Shown piece by piece: positions 37,495 through 52,065 of a stretch of DNA of 64,000 nucleotides. A program made the position numbers and the translations under genes. The notes under the pieces are model-generated. The model was not told the DNA's origin, made no database searches, and saw nothing but the letters and a program-made list of their open reading frames with translations. Each line of letters opens with the position of its first letter. Position 1 is the stretch's first letter. Source of the stretch: Octopus sinensis (taxonomy: Eukaryota); the NCBI RefSeq assembly GCF_006345805.1, contig NC_042998.1, forward strand, positions 32,922,001 to 32,986,000, written 5' to 3'.

Positions 37495-38334
37495 CGAGGG
37501 GTACCCAAAAGAAACCGGAATTTTGAAATATTATTTTATTCATTTGGTTTTACATGTTTACACTTTTATCGCCTTCAAAGAATTCTCCATTTGAAGCAAT
37601 GCCGGAACTCTTTGCGAGGTGATGCCTTTTAACGATGCCTCCGTCATTTTCTTTTTTCTTCGCCTCTTCCACATCTGCAAATTCCATAGCACCAGCTTTC
37701 GTCACCAATGATGACCTTCGAAAAAAAGGTGCGAATCAGCTTTCTACTGTTCTTTCAGTTCACGACACGCATTCAGTCGTGACTGCTTCTGATCTATCTG
37801 TCGTGAGTAAGTGAGACACAAATTTTGCCCCAACTCTTTTCATTCACAATTCCTCGCTCAAAATTCGTAGGCAGGAGCTCCAGGCCAAACCATTCATATC
37901 AACAAATTTGTCAATTACTTGGTGACGGTCCTCCAAGATCAGTTGACGAATTTTCATGATACTTTCATTTGTTTGGGAGGTCGACGGGCGCCCTTAACGA
38001 GGTTGGTCCTCAAGCGATAGGTGATCGTTCCTATAGCAGGAAACCCACTCGTAAACTCGTGTTTTGCTCATGGCAGGAGCCTTGTAAGCTATTTGAGGCT
38101 GCCACTTTCCTTAATAGAAAACAGAATTTCACGAACACGCTGTTCCTTCGTGTCAGCTATCGCAAAAATCGGCGAACAGGGGAGAAACAAAGACACACCA
38201 CGTGGTAGTATGTCCCCACTGAACAACGCCATTCGGCAGACTTATGCCTGCAGGTCGCATCAAGTGGCTTCTAGCCTGAACTACAACAGGCTTGTCCCAC
38301 AGAGGACGTTTCCCGTTTCTTTTGGGCATCCTCG
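37495..38334 (-). mobile_element. Internally deleted mariner element
   Basis: TIRs CGAGGGGTACCCAAAAGAAACCGGAA / TTCCCGTTTCTTTTGGGCATCCTCG with TA flanks; minus-strand remnants RVGAKFVSHLLT, KVIIGDESWCYG, SNGEFFEGD. Confidence 0.85.
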
Positions 38335-38340
38335 TATGTA

Positions 38341-38560
38341 TACAAGGGGAAGTCAAAACTTACCTGCACTTTCACCATAACCTATCTTTATTATTGTCAC
38401 ACAGCCTTCTGCGCATGCGCGCTTATAGTTGGTAATATTGTGGTCACGTGATTGAAGTTTGAATCTGATTGTGCCAGTTTTTCCTTCCGGCTTCACAGTG
38501 TAAGCATGGCCGCTCTACAAGCAATGTGCACCGAAGATGAACAAACAACAAGAACAAAGG
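38341..38560 (+). mobile_element. 5' fragment of a second mariner
   Basis: TACAAGGGGAAGTCAAAACTTACC TIR-like start; MAALQAMCTEDEQ resembles a mariner N-terminus. Confidence 0.55.
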
Positions 38561-39003
38561 GCATATATTTATATATGCATTTATGTATGTATATATGTAT
38601 GTATGTATGTATGTATGCGATGTCCATGTGTGTGTGTGTGTTCATCCAAGACCTGCGCTTTATTTTATGACGAGATTTTTCTAAGTATAAAATCAATAAA
38701 TGACCATCACTAACTTTATAATACTTTCTCTGGAAATCCTATGTTAAAATATTCATTCCCTGGAATACATACAGCTTTCTCAACCATTAGTAATTTGAGT
38801 TTTACTAATGTATCATTATAGCTATAGTTGTATTTAACTTTGGAAACTATACAGAAATAGCAGAATGTTTTGGAACCGAATGTATAGAAACATACCTATG
38901 TATTTATATAATCTTACTAATAGCGCGGTTTAGCTGCACGAATCACAATTCAATATAGCATATAAAACCTCTATTCTTGTGCATATGCATATAAATGATC
39001 GCG

Positions 39004-39034
<31 letters not shown>

Positions 39035-40104
39035 ATACGCAACTGAAAAAAGTATGAGAAATATGATGCCAGAGAGAGAGAGACAGAGAAAAAAAAGCAG
39101 GAAGAAAGACAGACAGTCGGGGAGAAATTAATATGATGGGGGAAGTAGAGATTGGAAGGCAGAGAAAAACAGAAAGACGTTCAATATCTGAGGTCACCGA
39201 ATGATGTAAATATATTGAATCGCGAGTTGTCAGAGTAACATTGTTTGATTGTCAAGACCATTGTTAAAATCGCCTGGTATTCAAGCCGAATGAGAAAATG
39301 TATAGCTTTAGCAATAAAACATACATAACTTTTGTAAGTTCGCAATTATACATTTTCAGTCTTGATGGCAATAACAAAAACCATAAAAGCGTATGTCTTT
39401 GATGCGTACATTTAGTGATATACCAAGCTCATACAAAAGATAATATATTAGTCAACTTTATATCAATACATTTTCACACAAACGATGGTAAGTGTAGTCT
39501 TGTTCACCATTAATGCTGAGAACATACGTTGAAATCAGTTTCATGGTTGACAGATACTGGAAAAAAAAGAAAATAACTGACTGGTTTCGCTTCAATGAAT
39601 GCATTGCAAGCTGGCCTTTATGGGAAAAAATCATATTTTATGCTTTATAAAATATCGGGTGTGGAGTGGTGCTGGAATGCCCGTGTGTCAGTAAGCCGGT
39701 GTATCTGTATATCTTTGAATAAATGAATGTTTGTACGATGAGAACATATTCGTGATTTACTATAATTAAGAGAATGGCTTAGAATCTCTACATATATGTT
39801 AAAAGTTATATTGATATTAAGATGGAATGAACGAATCAGTTGCCGACAGCGACACAACATTTCGTTTCGCAGTTGTACTACTAAGTTTATATATATATAT
39901 ATTGTTTACACACCCATGTTCGTCTTGCTTTTGGTAAATTCTCACTGCATATATATATATATATACATCAAATATATACGATTTATTTATTATTTTGCAC
40001 ATTACTTAATCATCGTTATATTTTTTATCGTATATTTAATATTTCTATTATCTGTAATTTTCTAGATGGGTGTCATTTTGAATTGGTAAAAGGTGTATTT
40101 CTTC

Positions 40105-40169
<65 letters not shown>

Positions 40170-41429
40170 TGTGTGTGTGTGTGTGCATGTGCACATGAGT
40201 GACGCACCCCGGCGTTGCCCGGGTGTTATGACCTACAGTCATATTGTATTATTTTATTCTTGTGGGCAGAATCAGCACACGATGAGGATGAAGCAATCAA
40301 CTCTTTATAAACATGTTTTTCGGCCATTTTTTCTTATGAACAACGCTGCAGTTTCCGCCAACTATATTCAGTCAAAAGTCTGTCGTTGGGTTCGGACTAT
40401 AGTACCTAAGGTACCATGAACGTGGAACCATGTGGTTGGGAAGCAAACTTCTCAACCACATAGCTAATCTTGCACCTAATATATGCGTGTGTGTGTGTGT
40501 GTGTGTTTGCATTCGTTGTTACATCAAGTATTTATCCCACTATGTCTCAAAGTTAGCAGTTCATGAAACAGAGATCTATAAAATAAATGTCAGATTGAAA
40601 TACGCAGTGATGTTAGTATGATCAATTAAATTTTTGAAGGTGATACCCCATCATGGCGACAGTCGAAAGACTAAACCCAGTAAAATAATTTTTAAAGAGT
40701 TAATGGTTTCAAATTTAAGGTAATGGATTACTAACCACAAGATAATGAGTTCAAAACTTCGTATTGAACTTCCACACTCTTTACGATAACACTATATGTA
40801 CATTGTAATTTGAAGTTGAATGGTTAGCAGTAAGAAAGATGTCCAGATTTCTTTAAATATTATTGTGCAAAATATTCTGGGAAAAAGTACTTTTTTCACC
40901 ACAACACGTGCACACGCATATAGAAGTGTGTCTGTGTTAACTTGAGCTACTACAAATAGCAGCCAAATCGCTCTTAAAATACACCCTTTCGTCACAAGAA
41001 AGACACGGGTTTACAGTATTTCTTGGCTAAACAAAACACAGATAAACATACTTCACATTAAAAGATTATCTACTAAATGATATTAAATAAAGTTGACGGT
41101 ATATCTTCGAAGTTTCATTCCCTGGTAAAACTCCATGTATTTTAAGATTGTTTGGGCAGAGTTGCCTCCCTTACATAAAGACCTAAAAATTGTGCAACCC
41201 GACCTCATTTACGAGGTTTATTTATTGTAAAAAAGAGTTGTTGTGCAAAAAAAACATACTTTATTTGGTAGCCGAAAGATTAGTGACTATTTTGATACAT
41301 CATACGTCAAATTCCACGAATCCATAAGGAAAATACGCGCGCACACACACACACATACACACAAACTGTTTTATTATATGATATATATATATGTATAGTG
41401 TGTGTGTGTGTGTGTATATATATATATGT

Positions 41430-41575
41430 TCACTTAGCTGTTCGGCCAGGGAGACCGATAGAATAAGTACTGGGCTTACAAAGAATTAGTCATGGGGTCG
41501 GTTTACTTGAGTAAAGGCGGTGCTCCAGCATGGCCGCAGTCAAATGACTGAAGCAAATAAAAGAATAAAAGAATA
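41430..41575 (+). mobile_element. SINE family B 3' fragment
   Basis: GAGACCGATAGAATAAGTACTGGGCTTACAAAG..CAGTCAAATGACTGAAG. Confidence 0.8.
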
Positions 41576-43255
41576 TATAAAAAAAAAATAAAGCACAACT
41601 TATCTGAATGTCCCGTCTTAGGTGAAACCATTATTTTTAAAGCACACCGTCTACAAATCTATTTTAGCTTTGCTCGAGTTGGTCAATTAAATTTTCTAGT
41701 ATTAAATTTCTCTCCATTTTCCCCTTTCAGTAAGCAATTACAGTTACAAAGCTTTCACGACTGATTATTCCATTGTTCTGATTTTATTAACAATCAGTTC
41801 GCGTATTTGCAATACGAACATTTTCACTTTTGTGAACCTTCGAAGTGCTTAAGTTGCAATTTCCTGTGGCATCATATGAATGGAAAAGTTTGTTTGGTTG
41901 CACAGTATTTAATTTTACATTCTGGCTAAAGTTTACATACTCTTTCACTTCAGATTGCATTTACACTCGATAGCGCATGAATGTAGTTTGTTTTGTAAAT
42001 CAAACATAACATATCAAGTGCAATATAGGACTCTTCCATCAAAATCGAATTGCGCTCGAAAACTAGACAGCGCCTATTATCAACCGAGTAATCTATTAAT
42101 CATCTTATTTGTTAATAAACCAAATTCTCACTAACGGTCTTTTGGTAAGTTAGTAATAAATACTAACAAGGTATTAGATAGCTTACATCCGAAAGCAATA
42201 TCCTGACATGATATTTTATTTACATAAAAACTTAATATTCGCAACCTTATAATCCTAACGAGATATTTTACCTCAAATTACCTCTATTTGACCTCTGAAC
42301 ATGTTTCTTTTATCACAAATGAAAAGGAGATTAAAATGCAAACTCAATTCAGAATGTTTAAAACAAATTTTCTTTAAAAGCTATTACAAAGTGATTGATG
42401 TGGTCCTGACGCCTTAACACTCTATAGAAAAGTCGAACAATATATTTACCTAATAAAGTAATATTTTTTCTTCATTTTTTGCTAAACCACTTGAAAGAGA
42501 TAGTTACAGAAGTGAATAGATCTGACAGGATTAATACGGTAAGGCAACCAGGTGTTCAGTTATTGCACATGAATAGAAATTGGAATTTAGTGAACGATGT
42601 AGTTTGTTACAATTTTTTATGTATATATTTCGTTCTGCTTTCTTTTATGTTTTAGATAAAACATTCTTGTATTCACTTAATAACTTATAAGTAAGATATA
42701 AATTATATAACTATTTGCTCCCTTGGTGATACGAATCAGTCATGTTTACGTAAAATTGCATTTCTCGGCATGTTTCTATCATTGATATTTAAACCGATCC
42801 CATCTTTAATCAAGTAGATTTATGAGTAATTAATCTGTTTTATGTTTACGATTGAGCTTCTTCAGTCGTTAGGGCATCGGGAAAAATTTTCTTCCGGTTC
42901 TTTGTTTTCAGTTTAAATCCCAGCGATGTGAACTTTGCCTTTCGTCTTTATGGGATCAGCAAAATAACGTTTCATTGAAGTACTGAGATCGATCTGATCC
43001 ATTAGCCTTGGCTTCTCAAAATTGTTGGCCTTTTTCCCAGTTAAGAAACAATTAATATTGATTACTGACTTGTTCAGATAGGTTTCACTTCACTCTATAA
43101 AACCTGAGAATAATTGTTTTCAAGGATTTGCTATTGTCCTGTTTCATTGAGAAACTGGCCTCTATACTGAATGACTGGGCTGTCCCCTTATTTCCATCCA
43201 CTTTATGTTATATTTTTTTTTTAATTCGAACACAAACATAGTGATACATTAGCGT

Positions 43256-43773
43256 ACTAGTTCTCAAACTGAGGACCGCAAATCGATTTTAGGGGGACCA
43301 CGAAGGAACTCTGAAATATCGTGGAAATGGGTGGCTTGAGTCAGTTTAGTTTTAAAATTTCAAGACTTTCAATTTTTCGCATGCTATAATCCTTTTTTGT
43401 CGTTGACCTCAAAATCCCACGCAACTCCTACACGCTCATTTGCTAATCACATTTGTTGTACAACAGGTGCGATGGGCCAATGGGAAAATATGTGGGTTTA
43501 ACGGCTGATCGTGCATGTGTTGTCAGTATTCTACGCTCACATGATTCACCACTCCACTATTGCAATCTACGTGTTCGCATGTCACTCGCCGTTGTTATCC
43601 TCACCGGTGCATGTTCTCGCATAACTTTCACCTTCGCCAGACACCCATTTTCATCCTGGTTCACAGTCTGGACATTACTGTACACGAATGTATATAATTT
43701 TTTCCATGTTAATCATTCTGCATTTTATCGGGGACCGGCGTATAAATTCTTTTGAAAAGTTTGAGAACCACTG
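43256..43773. mobile_element. hAT-type MITE
   Basis: CTAGTTCTCAAACT..AGTTTGAGAACCACTG termini. Confidence 0.55.
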
Positions 43774-43909
43774 CATTAACGGCTCGCCAACAGGAAGTGG
43801 ATAAGAAGTTTTAAGCAACTCAAGCTCTTTACTGTTTTCATGAGAGAAGATTTCACTCGTGAAGTTACAGTTGCCAGTAAATAAAAATATATATATAATG
43901 AAATTATTG

Positions 43910-44320
43910 TATACAGTGCTCAGGTGCACCACAACTTGTCAAAAGTACGTATAAAGCATATGCAGTAATGTACAAATGTCTGGAGAGTGAACAGTGTATG
44001 AGTCAGATACATGCTTGCGTGTATATGGAGGGGAGAAAATCAGGTGTAGTGTTGGCGAATCTCAGGAAATATGGAAGTTTTGAAGGATGCAGTGCTCCGA
44101 CAACTAACAACTGATGCCGGCAGTTTGTTCCATGCTTCAGCAACTCTCAGCGTGAAAAAATGTTTCCGAAAGTCATGGGAGCTGTGTTGTTTTCTGACTT
44201 TGTAAACATGTCCACGGGTGTTAGACAGGTGGAGTTTGAAAAGGTGCTCAGAGTTATTGTTTGTAAGATGGTTAATAATTTTATGGGTGTCTGCCAAATC
44301 TACCAACTTCACTGCAACCA
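43910..44320 (-). mobile_element. CR1-clade LINE 3' end
   Basis: NTRGHVYKV..RKHFFTLRVAEAWNKLPASVV..FK, the standard CR1 C-terminus. Confidence 0.85.
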
Positions 44321-44376
44321 GCGTTGTAACAGGAAGTAGTAATGAAACAACGACAGAATTGACAATAAGGGAAGTA

Positions 44377-44942
44377 TTGGGTTGTCCGGAAAGTTCGTGC
44401 CGATTTTTAGTAGCTTACATTTCGACTTATTTTAGAACATGGTTGAGTCCATAAAATAGGATTTTACTACACCTCCATTTAGAGCACAGTTTAATCTATC
44501 TTTTCGTGGAAGAAGATTTATGTTCCTATAACCTGTGTTAATTCTGTAACCCTTTAAAATGGAAGATAAGAAAGTTCATTTTCGGCACTTGTTGCTTTGG
44601 GAATCAGACGAAAATTGCTGCAGCTCGGCTGGGATGTGTTACTCCACCCTCCATCTTCACCAGATATTGCTCCTTAGGATTTCCAATTATTCAGGTCTCT
44701 GCAGAATAGTCTTAACGGTAAACACTTCAATTCCTTGGATGACGTAAAAAGATACCTTGATGAATTCTTTGCCATGAAACCACCTCAATTCTGGGAAGAG
44801 GGTATTTCAAGTTAAAGGAAATATGGAGACGCATTGTGCAATAAAATTATTCATATTGGGTTGATTAGAAATGAACTGGTAAGTTTTTATTGACCTTTTT
44901 TCTTTCCTTTAAAAATCGGCACGAACTTTCCGGACAACTCAA
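44377..44942 (+). mobile_element. Internally deleted mariner element
   Basis: TIRs TTGGGTTGTCCGGAAAGTTCGTGCCGATTTTT / AAAAATCGGCACGAACTTTCCGGACAACTCAA, TA TSD; MEDKKVHFRH and RSLQNSLNGKHFNSLDDVKRYLDEFF remnants. Confidence 0.9.
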
Positions 44943-45635
44943 TAACAATAGTGACAATATCTACCAAAACGAAAAGCATGCATAGAAGCACTTTTTTTCC
45001 TTTCCCTGGAGTCTCTTTGGTTCTAAGACTTCGTCGTGCGACAAGGTTGGGACAAAAGATCTACTACAAGAGGTCCATTATCAGGGAAAATATTTTAAAA
45101 AAATAGAAAACAAACATTTCAATATCTCATTCTATATAGAAATTTTCCATGACAAAATGGATAGAAGTATTTGAGTGAACCTTTCCAAGAATTCCTCTAA
45201 ACAAGTAGTCTAAGATTACGTGCTCTTTTTCCAGACAAAAGTAAATGACTTCTCACACTCTCTTTTCTCCAACAAATATCGCTGTAACCTTCGATATATG
45301 CACCCTAAGATCGCTTTGGAAGCAAAGTCACTTGCTCAAAGATCTTGGATGACTAAATGTGCATGAAGTTGTCACCGACGAAACCAGGATTCCTTGTACT
45401 GAATCAAACTTTAAACACATTATGGTGCGCGGTTGATTCGGAATATTTCATGCTTCAACGTGAAGCATTAATTCTCTGTTTTCAGAGCTGAGGTATTTTC
45501 CTCTGTTTCATTTCTTTTTTGTTTTTGGTTTTTGTCCTTTCTCTAGTTTACGCATTTTATATGTAATACAACCACCGTATCGTCCTGTACCTTCTAAGAT
45601 CTTTTTCTTAGCCCTTTGTATTTAATAAAGAAGCC

Positions 45636-45775
45636 GTTCTTCTTCTTCATCTTCTTCTTCTTCATCTTCTTCTTCTTCTTCTTCTTCTTCTTCTTCTTCT
45701 TCTTCTTCTTCTTCTTCTTCTTCTTCTTCTTCTTCTTCTTCTTCTTCTTCTTGTAGTAGTAGTAGTAGTAGTAGA
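45636..45775. repeat. (CTT)n/(GTA)n microsatellite
   Basis: Direct reading. Confidence 0.95.
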
Positions 45776-47959
45776 CGAGAAGGAGGAGTAAGAGAAGTGA
45801 TAGAGCGCCTAATTAAAGCCCTTCCAGTATTTTCGACTCTTTTACATCGTGTATTTAAAACTGCCTCTAATCGGTTTGGCCCTTTATTCCGCTACAACCG
45901 ATCTAACCAGTGAATTCGTCGATGTGTACCAGCGTAAGAAATCTCGATTATCCATGTTGTTATCATAGCAGTTTTTGTTATTTTTCACATTAGATTTTGC
46001 ACTTTGTCCTGGTGACGAGGCTATCAGTGTTAGTGCAAGAGAAAATTGCGCTGGCGTGCCTAACACTTCCGTTATTAACCCCGTGCATATTATCGATCGA
46101 ATTGTATTTCTTATTGCTACAGCCATTAATGTTTTTTATTAGTAGTAATTATTGATCTTAGTAAAACACCTCTGCATTTTTCATCCTTTATCTTTCAACT
46201 AATGTTCATGTCTAATTCTAATACCATTCTTTCGGCTGGTGATTGATGCTACAGTTGCTCTTACTGACGTTTCTGATGTTAGTACTATTACTTCTTGCGT
46301 CTTTTTCTTTCTTTTTCGTGTAATATGTTTGAGAATCAATAGAAACGATTCATTATTGTTAGTCCAAACAAATATTCTTAAATTTCTCTGATCTCATTAA
46401 TCGCTTAGTACTTTAGCTGACATGTTGGTTTTGGATGGCAAGAAGAGATGACTTTCAGGAAACTCTGAGAGGAGCAAAGTAAGAAAAGGAAAAAAAGAAA
46501 ACATTATCAATTAGAATAATTTCCAAAGATTTTTGCTTCCTTGCAAACGAATTAAATCGATAATTAATAATTCTCAATCAGAGTAATGTTTTTCGTTGTT
46601 TTCTGTTCTTTTTCGTTTAGTTCTTTTCGTTGTGAAACTAATTTAGAAATTTACAGAATATTAATCCTGTTATTACCTTCATTGATTTAGCTAATAATAC
46701 GATACTTATACACAAGTTTAATTCCTTATGTAATTTGTTCTTCCAGGCATTTGCATTGATGCTTTTAATATTTTAATATTCATTAAGCTTCAAAAGGCCA
46801 ATGACTAGCACAATCAATCATGTGAAGTATTAAATACCTTGCGATATTTGGTCATATTTTATTGTTCTGAATTCTAATCCCTCCTAAAGAGATTTTCACT
46901 TTTCAACCTTCCAGATCATTAAAATAAATATCTGTAAAATTTTAGTGTCAACTTAATCACTCCAACACTAACTACGTCCTTCATTGAGATTAATGGTCTG
47001 AACCTAAGTTTGAAATCAATATTATATAAGTTAGTAGGTAGAGATGCTTCAAGGAATAATAGAGAGTAAGAATATATACCATCGCCTATAAATTTCGATT
47101 CTTCTATGACTTAGGTTCAATTTTTTGGCACAGTAGACTTTTATATTATACAAGAGAAGAGACCACTCAGTGGATCCCTTATATGCTAAAAATAATATTA
47201 ATTTCTACTCTTATTATCTTTTATCATGCTTTGCTACTTTTTATACTATCAGGTTTGGTGAAATTATTCTTTAAATTATTAATTGCTTTTTAAACTACTT
47301 TTTTGATTTCTTTATGTTCGATTGAATTAACAGCCAACTCTCACGCTGGTATGCACGCACACACACACGCACAAACACACACACACACACACGCACAAAC
47401 ACACATACACACACACACGCACGCACACACGCATGCACACGCACATATTATTTCGCAACAGATAAGTAATCTTGATATTTATGTACAGTCGTTACTTGTA
47501 AATGTAATCATTGAAACTACTGAGTTGTTCCCCTTACTTACAACGTATCTATTTCTGAATGCTGAAATATTTTTAAAAAATCCTTCTTTTTGCCATAGCA
47601 ACCACATCTTTATAGCTTGCGAATATTAACCATCGTGGGGCGCATTCTCACCACGCATTTAGTATCCCTGCCAATTTTCAGCTCGATCCTAGCACGTTTA
47701 GTGCCATTGAATCCTTACCAAAGCCAAAGTGTGCAAGTTTTTTTTCCTCTTTTATATAGGTAGATAATATAGATCTGTTATGAACTGAAGTTCAATGAAT
47801 CGACTAAAATTTCAGCTGAAATTCATTAAGCTAAAATGGCAGAATGATAGTATTTTAAATCCTATATTTACGTTTCGATTTTAAATCTTTATGACTTTAA
47901 TTTTTTGTTTTTCTTCCTATGTATACGAAAAAATAAATACCACAATATTTTCTCTTTAC

Positions 47960-48540
<581 letters not shown>

Positions 48541-48749
48541 GTATATTCATTTGATTTTGCCATGTATTGAACATTTGATTGGGGAAAAAATTAATATTCA
48601 TCATGTAAGATAAATAATTGATTTATTTTATCAATTTATACTTTACAGTATTTTCGGATGATATCCAAAATACTAAATCTTCCCCTCTTTTCGTAACTAT
48701 TTTTCTGTTTCTAAGATAAATTGTACAAATTTAAAGCACTTTCTGTATA

Positions 48750-49750
48750 AATCAAGATCACTCTTCATTTGGTTCGTTGGTTTTCGTCCAGAAGCATTCA
48801 TATTGTAATCGATACCAGATGGTACAGAATCTTATTAAGAAGGTTTACTGTCTTATAAGCTCATTTCACAACTTCTTGAATAATCTATATTAATGGTTTC
48901 TTGTTGATGATGGAAACAATTCTAAGATATCGTGTTTGCTGTGGTTTACTTTGATTGCTGTTATCTTCTAGGCATATATTCCTTTGCATATCTTGTTGAA
49001 TTCTGAAGGCAAATCAAACGCTTTAAGTCTGCCAACACATATGTTTTATAATGTTGCAATCAGTTTTATGGCTTTCGTTTTCGTATTATCTTTGATTCAA
49101 TGTAAAGCATGATTCTCAAATGTTTTCTCATTTTCTAGATTTGGTCATACCATATTCCCAGGGGTGCCAAGGCTTCCCCAAATGTCTGTTGCGTAACTAA
49201 ATTAAATAAATACATACTAGATCTGCTTGGCATCTTCTGTCAAGTATATCAATAAAATATTTTATAGAATGCCTTACAGTTACTGTGTGCTACAAAGTTA
49301 AGTTGTCATTTACTAATTAGACTTTTATCAATCTTATAATAAATTGTTTCGGGTCCGATGCCTTGTCCTCTGCACTAACATATATATCAGCCATATACTT
49401 CATCTGCCGGAATTATTAAATTCTTCTTCTTATCCCCAAGAAAGTTTGACCTGCTCTTTTTGATTTCAGACTGTTCGTACGAAAATTTATGCAGTGGTCA
49501 TAAAATGTTTTTGACAATATATCGCATTTTACGCAATTCCTTTGTTCTTCTGAATCTGTTCATTTTGTTATTCATATCTCTGTACATTAAGTAGGAATGC
49601 AATTCTTAAATACCTCGTTGAATTATTCTCAGAAGCTTACAATAAACAGCACGTTAATCATTTCATCACATATGTTGATGTTTCGATTGTTACTCCTTGT
49701 GTTTCTAATACTCAGTTTTTAAACATTATTAATCTCACTAGCATATCTAC
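48750..49750 (-). pseudogene. Very old CR1-like RT N-terminal remnant (tentative)
   Basis: Minus-strand pieces GQGIGPETI, LISK*QLNFVAHSNC and YLFNFSYATD approximate the PGPDGI, QHGF..RSC and YLDFSKAFD motifs. Confidence 0.45.
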
Positions 49751-50329
49751 CCATCTACGATGGAGGCACAAAGTGAAGGAGGGAAGTCCTAACAGCAGTA
49801 TGTATTGAGAAATGTCTAAATGGAATTGATAGATTACTGGGTGATGCCTTAGAGGAATCACGTTATTGTTGGTAATACAGCATTCTATTGTAGCTAAATG
49901 ACGTGTTTGCGGCTAAGTGGCATGTGATGACGATTCCCTCCCGAACTGAAATAGGTTCTCAGCCTCTGTAAGTGGACCACACCTAACGAAAGCCAGAGCT
50001 TCCTTCGACCACTACATAAAAAGTATTAAGAAAAAAATGTTATTTAGATATACTTTTATTTTAGTTGTTTACACTATTTTACGCTTGTTTATACTCTTAT
50101 ACATTCAAAGTTCACAAATTTCCTTATTCAAATTATGAATCATATTCCTTTCAATAATATCAATATTATTACAAAACTTTTTTGTTGACGATATTTTCCG
50201 TTTAGTTGACATTAATTTTCAAATTACTGGAATCCGTTGCTCTATTCATAGCGACGTATATTTAGCCGTGTGTAAACATTGGAGTAGGTAAAAATACACC
50301 TACACAATCTAAAATCTGGCCTGTTCCTT

Positions 50330-50690
50330 GTTTGCTGTGAATGCGCGAGCGGAATTTTTAGGGTTGCAAAAAGTCAAACTAAGACTTACCTCTCACTGTT
50401 CTATACGAATAATGTCTGGATGTTCTCGTACCATTGGTTATTTTGATTGAGAAAACTGAGATGTAAACAACAGCCGCTTCGATTAGCTGTTTCGAATCCT
50501 GCTCGAGACTGACACACTTCAATAACTACTAAATAATCTCACACATACTGATACATACTTCTTCCATTTGATTTTCGCTATTAACCGTCCTCGCAACACC
50601 CTTCGTATCTACGACGGGGCCACGAACTATACGATGAAAATCCAGAGTTACTCGTGGTCGGTGAATTTTTAATAAAAACGCGAAGGTGGT
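50330..50690 (-). promoter_or_regulatory. Candidate promoter and first exon (tentative)
   Basis: Locally CpG-rich unique DNA; minus-strand TCAGTC (Inr-like) at 50512-50507; AG|GTAAGT donor at 50390/50389. Confidence 0.3.
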
Positions 50691-50699
50691 TTATCAATT

Positions 50700-51216
50700 C
50701 AAAAATCGATATCTACGAAATAATCATACCTTCCGAATTTTAATGCTAAAATCCTTCCTGGCGACCATCTTTGTAATCCCGAAAAATATTGGTCCAGCCG
50801 TCTAGCCGTGAAGAGGGGACAGACAAAGAGACGGACAGACAAACAAACAAACGGATGGACATAACGTCCACTATGGTAAGATAGCAAATCTTCCCATCTG
50901 CGATCGGAAATAAAGGGATAGCATCGCAAATCTGAGCCCTCTGAATAACGAAATGTATGGGGGGGGGGGACGGAAATGAATCCAGAGTTAATTCCACGTC
51001 ACCGGAATTTTAGCAAAAAAAATCAAAGTTGATTTATTAATACAAAACTCAATGTCCATTAAATAATCATATATTTTTTTCACATATTTTTCGCTAAAAT
51101 CATTCCTGATTACCTCCTTCATAATCCCGAAAAACATCGTGACCACTGGTCCAGCCATTTGACCGTCAAGAGGGAACAGACAGACGGACGGACATAACGC
51201 CCATTATAGTAAGATA
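50700..51216 (-). mobile_element. Two tandem Helitron/HINE-like 5' fragments
   Basis: Minus-strand ATCTTACTATAATGGGCG and ATCTTACCATAGTGGACG starts, each followed by GTCY microsatellite (about 50700-50882 and 51090-51216). Confidence 0.5.
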
Positions 51217-51485
51217 CATTCTGCTATGTCTTGTTTTGCAATCTTCCTCGGAAGAAGGAAATACACAGTAACTCTGATAAAACCACTGCTTTTAATCAAT
51301 TATATTTTCATTCATATTCCAGGTGTGATTTTAAAATTGGCCCATTATAATTATGCTTAGTTTATTATCATAAACTTCAATTTCATTAAATTGAACATTA
51401 AATATGGATCTTGATATACATATCTCCATATTTTGTGAGTTACTTCAGTCTTTCATGTTATTCTTGCAAAATGTTCAGATGTATA

Positions 51486-52065
51486 TATTTCTTTACTACC
51501 CATAAGGGCTATACACAGAGCGGACAAACAAGGACAGACAAAGGGATTAAGTCGATTACATCGACCCCAGTGCGTAACTGGTACTTATTTAATCGACCTC
51601 GATAGGATGAAAGGCAAAGTCGACCTCAGCGGAATTTGAAATTAGAACGTAGCGGCAGACGAAATACCTATTTCTTTACTACCCACAAGGGGCTAAACAC
51701 AGAGGGGACAAACAAGGACAGACAAACGGATTATATCGACTCCAGTGCGTAACTGGTACTTATTTAATCGAGCCCGACAGGATGAAAGGCAAAGTCGACC
51801 TCAGCGGAATTTGAAATTAGAACGTAGCGGCAGACGAAATACCTATTTCTTTACTACCCACAAGGGGCTAAACACAGAGGGGACAAACAAGGACAGACAA
51901 ACGGATTATATCGACCCCAGTGCGTAACTGGTACTTATTTAATCGAGCCCGACAGGATGAAAGGCAAAGTCGACCTCGGCGGAATTTGAACTCAGAACGT
52001 AGCGGCAGACAAAATACGGCTACGCATTTCGCCCGGCCTGCTAACGTTTCTGCAAGCTCGCCGCC
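51486..52065 (-). mobile_element. SINE family A head-to-tail trimer
   Basis: Junctions at 51668/9 and 51843/4; 20-nt TSD TGCAAAATGTTCAGATGTAT (51465-84) / TGCAAAGTGTTCAGGTGTAT (52067-86). Confidence 0.9.
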
